From NCBI GenBank assembly GCA_050173015.1, contig JBFXLE010000007.1:64001-128000 (forward strand): DNA of 64,000 bases, read 5' to 3'. Source of the stretch: Calditrichaceae bacterium (lineage in GTDB: Bacteria; Calditrichota; Calditrichia; Calditrichales; JBFXGD01). Positions 59,980 to 64,000 of the stretch are shown in pieces (position 1 is the stretch's first letter; each line of letters opens with the position of its first letter). The notes under the pieces were generated by a model. That model saw nothing but the letters and a program-made list of their open reading frames with translations. It was not told where the DNA came from and did no database searches. Both the position numbers and the translations under genes were made by a program.

Positions 59980-59999
59980 TTATACAATCCTACCCATAG

Positions 60000-60368
60000 T
60001 TATAGTACTTCGGGAGCCAAAGATACGATTTTCATAAACTGCATATCACGCAACTCGCGAGCGACAGGCCCAAAAATACGTGTTCCCCGTGGTTCATTTT
60101 GGTTATCGATGATTACGGCTGCATTTTCGTCAAAACGGATATAGGTTCCATCCGGCCTGCGTATTTCTTTCTTCGTGCGAACGATTACCGCCTTCTGAAC
60201 TTCACCCTTTTTCACGGTACCCCCGGGAATAGCGCTCTTTACAGCCACAACAATTATATCACCGACTGATGCGTATCTTCTACCTGAGCCGCCCAGGATA
60301 CGAATACACATAACCTTCTGAGCACCGGAATTGTCCGCGACATTTAACCTTGTATATTCTTGAATCAT
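60000..60368 (-). CDS. rplN: 50S ribosomal protein L14
   Basis: [26 protein letters not shown]. Confidence 0.98.
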   Translation of the reverse strand: MIQEYTRLNVADNSGAQKVMCIRILGGSGRRYASVGDIIVVAVKSAIPGGTVKKGEVQKAVIVRTKKEIRRPDGTYIRFDENAAVIIDNQNEPRGTRIFGPVARELRDMQFMKIVSLAPEVL

Positions 60369-60391
60369 CTTCCAGGTCCTTTTTCAGACAT

Positions 60392-60652
60392 TTATTTAAC
60401 TTTTTCAACAACTTCCACTAAACGCCATCTTTTGTTTTTACTGATGGGTTTGGTTTCCATTACTTTTACAAGATCACCTTCATTGCATACATTTTGCTCA
60501 TCATGCACAGTCAGCTTCATCGTCTTTTTTACGAATTTTCCATACAGAGGATGCTTTAAGCGTCTTTCAACTGCAATGGTGATTGTTTTGTCCATCTTAT
60601 TACTAAGAACTTTACCGATACGAACTTTTCGTAACCCGCGTTCTGTCTTCAT
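60392..60652 (-). CDS. rpsQ: 30S ribosomal protein S17
   Basis: KMDKTI, HPLYGK, ETKPISK.KRW. Confidence 0.98.
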   Translation of the reverse strand: MKTERGLRKVRIGKVLSNKMDKTITIAVERRLKHPLYGKFVKKTMKLTVHDEQNVCNEGDLVKVMETKPISKNKRWRLVEVVEKVK

Positions 60653-60669
60653 ATCTTTCCCAATCTCAC

Positions 60670-60879
60670 TTATGCTTTGATATTTATACCTAATTCCTGC
60701 TGACGTATAAATGTTTTAATGCGCGCAATCTCCCTACGCACAAATCTGATCCGAATGGGGTTAGTCAGCTGATGCGTCGCTTTCTGAAGGACAAGATTTT
60801 CATATTCATCTTGAACTTCACGCAACTTCTCATTTAATTCGTCCAGGGTAAGTCCTTTTATATCTTCTTTGCTCTTCAT
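60670..60879 (-). CDS. rpmC: 50S ribosomal protein L29
   Basis: [12 protein letters not shown]; synteny. Confidence 0.95.
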   Translation of the reverse strand: MKSKEDIKGLTLDELNEKLREVQDEYENLVLQKATHQLTNPIRIRFVRREIARIKTFIRQQELGINIKA

Positions 60880-60893
60880 CGCTTTTACCCCTG

Positions 60894-61301
60894 TTACTCA
60901 TTTACAACAAATTTTGTTTTAATTGGTAATTTATGCGAAGCTAAGCGCATAGCTTCTTTGGCCAGTTCAAGATCTACACCTTCCAGCTCGAACATAATAC
61001 GGCCGGGCTTTACCACTGCTACCCAATATTCGGGAGATCCCTTACCTTTTCCCATACGAGTTTCCGCCGGTTTTTTAGTGACGGGCTTATCGGGAAATAT
61101 ACGAATCCAAACTTTTCCACCGCGCTTCACGTGCCTTGTGATCGCAATACGTGTTGCTTCTATCTGTCTGCTGGTAATCCAACCGGATTCCATAGCCTTT
61201 AATCCATATTTACCGAATGCAATATAATTGCCCTTCTGGGCATTACCCTTCATTCTTCCGCGTTGTTTCTTACGATATTTAACTCTCTTAGGCATTAACA
61301 T
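60894..61301 (-). CDS. rplP: 50S ribosomal protein L16
   Basis: [27 protein letters not shown]. Confidence 0.98.
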   Translation of the reverse strand: MLMPKRVKYRKKQRGRMKGNAQKGNYIAFGKYGLKAMESGWITSRQIEATRIAITRHVKRGGKVWIRIFPDKPVTKKPAETRMGKGKGSPEYWVAVVKPGRIMFELEGVDLELAKEAMRLASHKLPIKTKFVVNE

Positions 61302-61324
61302 TAGAAAGACTCCTAAAACTCATC

Positions 61325-61957
61325 CTATCTTTTTCCGATTACTTCGCCATTAAAGATCCAGACCTTTACGCCAATTGTTCCATAAGTTGTGTTTGACGTA
61401 TAAGTGGCATAATCTATGTCTGCTCTTAGCGTATGAAGGGGAATTCTTCCTTCTTTATATTGTTCAGTTCTTGCCATTTCAGCTCCGCCGAGACGCCCGG
61501 AACACATAATCTTAATTCCTTCAGCTCCAAGTCTCATTGTCGATGTAATCGCTTTTTTCATAGCGCGACGAAAACTAACCTTGCCTTCCAGCTGCTTCGC
61601 AATGTTTTCGGCAACCAGATATGCGTCTAATTCCGGTTTCTTGATTTCATTGATATTGATCTGAACATCTTTACCTGTTAAAGCTCTCAGTTCTTCTTTT
61701 AACTTATCAACCTCAGAACCCTTTTTCCCGATCACAATCCCGGGCCGGGCCGTATGAACCGTTAAAATGACTTTCTTCACAGTACGTTCGATCTCAATCT
61801 TGGACACCGCCGCTTTCTTCAAACGATTCCTGATGTACTGTCTAAGCTTTAAATCTTCCTGCAGTTTCGCCGCGAAATTCTTTTCGTCAAACCAACTGCT
61901 ATTCCAGGTTTTGATGATCCCTAATCTGAAACCAACCGGATGAACTTTTTGCCCCAA
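61325..61957 (-). CDS. rpsC: 30S ribosomal protein S3
   Basis: [26 protein letters not shown]. Confidence 0.98.
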   Translation of the reverse strand: MGQKVHPVGFRLGIIKTWNSSWFDEKNFAAKLQEDLKLRQYIRNRLKKAAVSKIEIERTVKKVILTVHTARPGIVIGKKGSEVDKLKEELRALTGKDVQININEIKKPELDAYLVAENIAKQLEGKVSFRRAMKKAITSTMRLGAEGIKIMCSGRLGGAEMARTEQYKEGRIPLHTLRADIDYATYTSNTTYGTIGVKVWIFNGEVIGKR

Positions 61958-61983
61958 ACCGATTCTCCTTATAGTGAACAGTT

Positions 61984-62325
61984 TTAAATATGTTCAACAA
62001 TAATTGTTAAATGTGATGTTCTTTTACGTATTTTACCCGCTCTGCCCATTGACATAGGACGAAATCTCTTCAGAGTTGCCCCGCCATCTACGAATGCGGT
62101 TTTAATATAAACATCATTCATATTAATACGCTCGCCTTCTTCCTTGTTGCCAAGATTAGCATAGGCAGCCTGAATTGTCTTGGCGATAGGCTCAGCGGCA
62201 TTTTTTCTTGTAAAATGAAGTAAATTCAATGCTTCTTCCACATTCATACCGCGAACCAGGTCCAGGACCCGTCGCATTTTTATCGGGGACATTCTCAAAT
62301 ATTTGGTTTTTGCAATAGCTTCCAT
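61984..62325 (-). CDS. rplV: 50S ribosomal protein L22
   Basis: [18 protein letters not shown]. Confidence 0.97.
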   Translation of the reverse strand: MEAIAKTKYLRMSPIKMRRVLDLVRGMNVEEALNLLHFTRKNAAEPIAKTIQAAYANLGNKEEGERINMNDVYIKTAFVDGGATLKRFRPMSMGRAGKIRKRTSHLTIIVEHI

Positions 62326-62342
62326 CTTTACTCCGATTTTTT

Positions 62343-62630
62343 TTACTTAACACGACTCATGCGTTCAGCCAGCTTACCCCCGTGACCTCTAAATGTACGA
62401 GTCGGAGCAAATTCACCAAGTTTGTGACCCACCATATTTTCAGATACATAAACAGGTATGAATTTTATTCCGTTATGAACAGCAATTGTATGACCTACAA
62501 ATTCCGGTGGAATTGTGCTTCTTCTTGCCCAGGTCTTCACAACTACTTTTTTACCATCAGCATTCAATTTTTCAATTTTACCGGCAAGATTCAGGTCAAT
62601 GTATGGACCTTTTTTTATCGAGCGTGCCAT
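62343..62630 (-). CDS. rpsS: 30S ribosomal protein S19
   Basis: [20 protein letters not shown]. Confidence 0.98.
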   Translation of the reverse strand: MARSIKKGPYIDLNLAGKIEKLNADGKKVVVKTWARRSTIPPEFVGHTIAVHNGIKFIPVYVSENMVGHKLGEFAPTRTFRGHGGKLAERMSRVK

Positions 62631-62643
62631 CTACATAATTCTC

Positions 62644-63468
62644 CTATTTACGCCGCTTCACAATAAACGCATCAGATTGTTTTCTTTTCTTACGAGTTTT
62701 TAATCCCTTGCTTAACTGGCCCCATGGTGAACACGGATGGCGACCGCCTGATGTCTTGCCTTCTCCACCACCCATAGGATGGTCAATGGGGTTCATGGCA
62801 ACACCTCTAACATTGGGACGACGCCCAAGCCATCTTGAACGACCTGCTTTACCAATCGAAATATTCATGTGGTCAACATTCGAAACCTGTCCAATGGTCG
62901 CGTAACAATTCGCATGAATTTTTCGAACTTCACCGGAAGGCAGCTTAACCATCGCGAACTTACCCTCTTTGGCAACCAACTGCGCCGAAGCGCCCGCGCT
63001 TCTTACAAGCTGCGCGCCTTTTTTTACTTTTAATTCAATTCCAAATATTCTTAATCCGACCGGGATTTTCTCCAATGGAAGCGAATTCCCGACTTTAATT
63101 TCCACATTCTCGCCAGAAAGAACTTTATCACCAACTTTTAATCCATCGGCAGCGAGAACATATCTTTTTTCGCCATCCGCATAATTCAAAAGAGCAATTC
63201 TTGCTGTTCTGTTCGGATCATATTCAATTGACGCGACAGTGGCCGGGATATCAAATTTATTTCTTTTAAAATCTATAACCCTGTAACGTCTCTTATGACC
63301 GCCTCCACGATGAAACGCAGTCACTCGTCCATTATTATTTCTTCCACCGGTCTTTTTAAGAGATTCGGTTAATGATTTTTCAGGTTTTGACTCAGTAATC
63401 TGAGCAAAATCACTCACCGTTTTATATCTTTGACCAGGTGTAATTGGTTTAAAACTTTTAATTCCCAT
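62644..63468 (-). CDS. rplB: 50S ribosomal protein L2
   Basis: [30 protein letters not shown]. Confidence 0.98.
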   Translation of the reverse strand: MGIKSFKPITPGQRYKTVSDFAQITESKPEKSLTESLKKTGGRNNNGRVTAFHRGGGHKRRYRVIDFKRNKFDIPATVASIEYDPNRTARIALLNYADGEKRYVLAADGLKVGDKVLSGENVEIKVGNSLPLEKIPVGLRIFGIELKVKKGAQLVRSAGASAQLVAKEGKFAMVKLPSGEVRKIHANCYATIGQVSNVDHMNISIGKAGRSRWLGRRPNVRGVAMNPIDHPMGGGEGKTSGGRHPCSPWGQLSKGLKTRKKRKQSDAFIVKRRK

Positions 63469-63489
63469 TTATAAACCCCGTATCTCGAA

Positions 63490-63789
63490 TTAGGCGTTAC
63501 CAAACAAATCTAATTTATGACCGCTTTCAAGCGTGACTATAGCTTTTTTCCATGCAGGACGCCGACCATAAAATCTACCTTTTTTAGTCATTTGCTGACG
63601 CATCTTCCCGACAACATTCATCGTCTTCACAGATTTAACCTTAACATCGAAGCGACTTTCAACTTCACTCTTAATCTCAATCCGATTCGATTCTTTATTC
63701 ACCTCAAAACCGTACTTATTAAGATTTTCCTGCATACCGGCAAGTTTTTCGGTATATAACGGCCTGATTATTATTCTCTTTTTTTTCAT
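63490..63789 (-). CDS. rplW: 50S ribosomal protein L23
   Basis: IIRP..TEK, WKKAIVTL. Confidence 0.96.
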   Translation of the reverse strand: MKKKRIIIRPLYTEKLAGMQENLNKYGFEVNKESNRIEIKSEVESRFDVKVKSVKTMNVVGKMRQQMTKKGRFYGRRPAWKKAIVTLESGHKLDLFGNA

Positions 63790-64000
63790 TAGCCTAGCAC
63801 CTCATTAACTTTTTCGAGCGCGCCTTCCTGAATCAATATTGTATCCGCTTTCAATAAATCATAAGTGGAAAACGTAATCGAATCTCTAACCTGTACCCTG
63901 AACAAATTCGAAGACGATTTTACAATATTCTTCGATAAGTCCGAAGTGCACAGCAATACGTTCTTATTGTCAAGATTAAAGGCTGATACAAGACTAATAA
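63789..64000 (-). CDS. rplD: 50S ribosomal protein L4, C-terminal part (runs off window end)
   Basis: Translated by hand ...TFSTYDLLKADTILIQEGALEKVNEVLG*; TAATG overlap with rplW; synteny. Confidence 0.9.
   Translation of the reverse strand, partial: ISLVSAFNLDNKNVLLCTSDLSKNIVKSSSNLFRVQVRDSITFSTYDLLKADTILIQEGALEKVNEVLG

Noticed and set aside
247-63759. Numerous short antisense or overlapping ORFs in the track (e.g. 611-1255, 24973-25461, 46499-46942, 57689-58102)
   Set aside because: They are shadow frames of well-supported genes and carry no recognisable motifs.

Overview
Bacterial chromosomal window, probably from an FCB-related lineage such as Calditrichota (inferred from a T9SS-type C-terminal domain, the secY-map-infA order without adk, and a bVLRF1 gene). 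About 1.9-12.4 kb is a layered defence/mobility island. It holds a Type I R-M system (hsdR-hsdM-rhuM-hsdS) interrupted by three tandem GxxExxY nuclease genes that alternate with four 9-bp-periodic hairpins; the same hairpin arms also occur in frame inside hsdS. It also holds a GIY-YIG nuclease gene with the architecture of an integron cassette (attC plus an attI-like site, no integrase in the window), remnants of an AbiE-type toxin-antitoxin operon and of a second hsdR, REP-like palindromes and a 20-21 bp repeat array. About 12.6-50.7 kb is mixed housekeeping/accessory genes: ccmF, an orphan Pycsar-type effector, amgK-rapZ/murU, bVLRF1, rocD, a giant LVIVD+Ig adhesin, a Chp/Pil-like chemosensory operon with ParA, and hutU. 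About 50.8-64 kb is the S10-spc-alpha ribosomal protein cluster. All calls come from reading the sequence and recognising motifs; no database searches were run.
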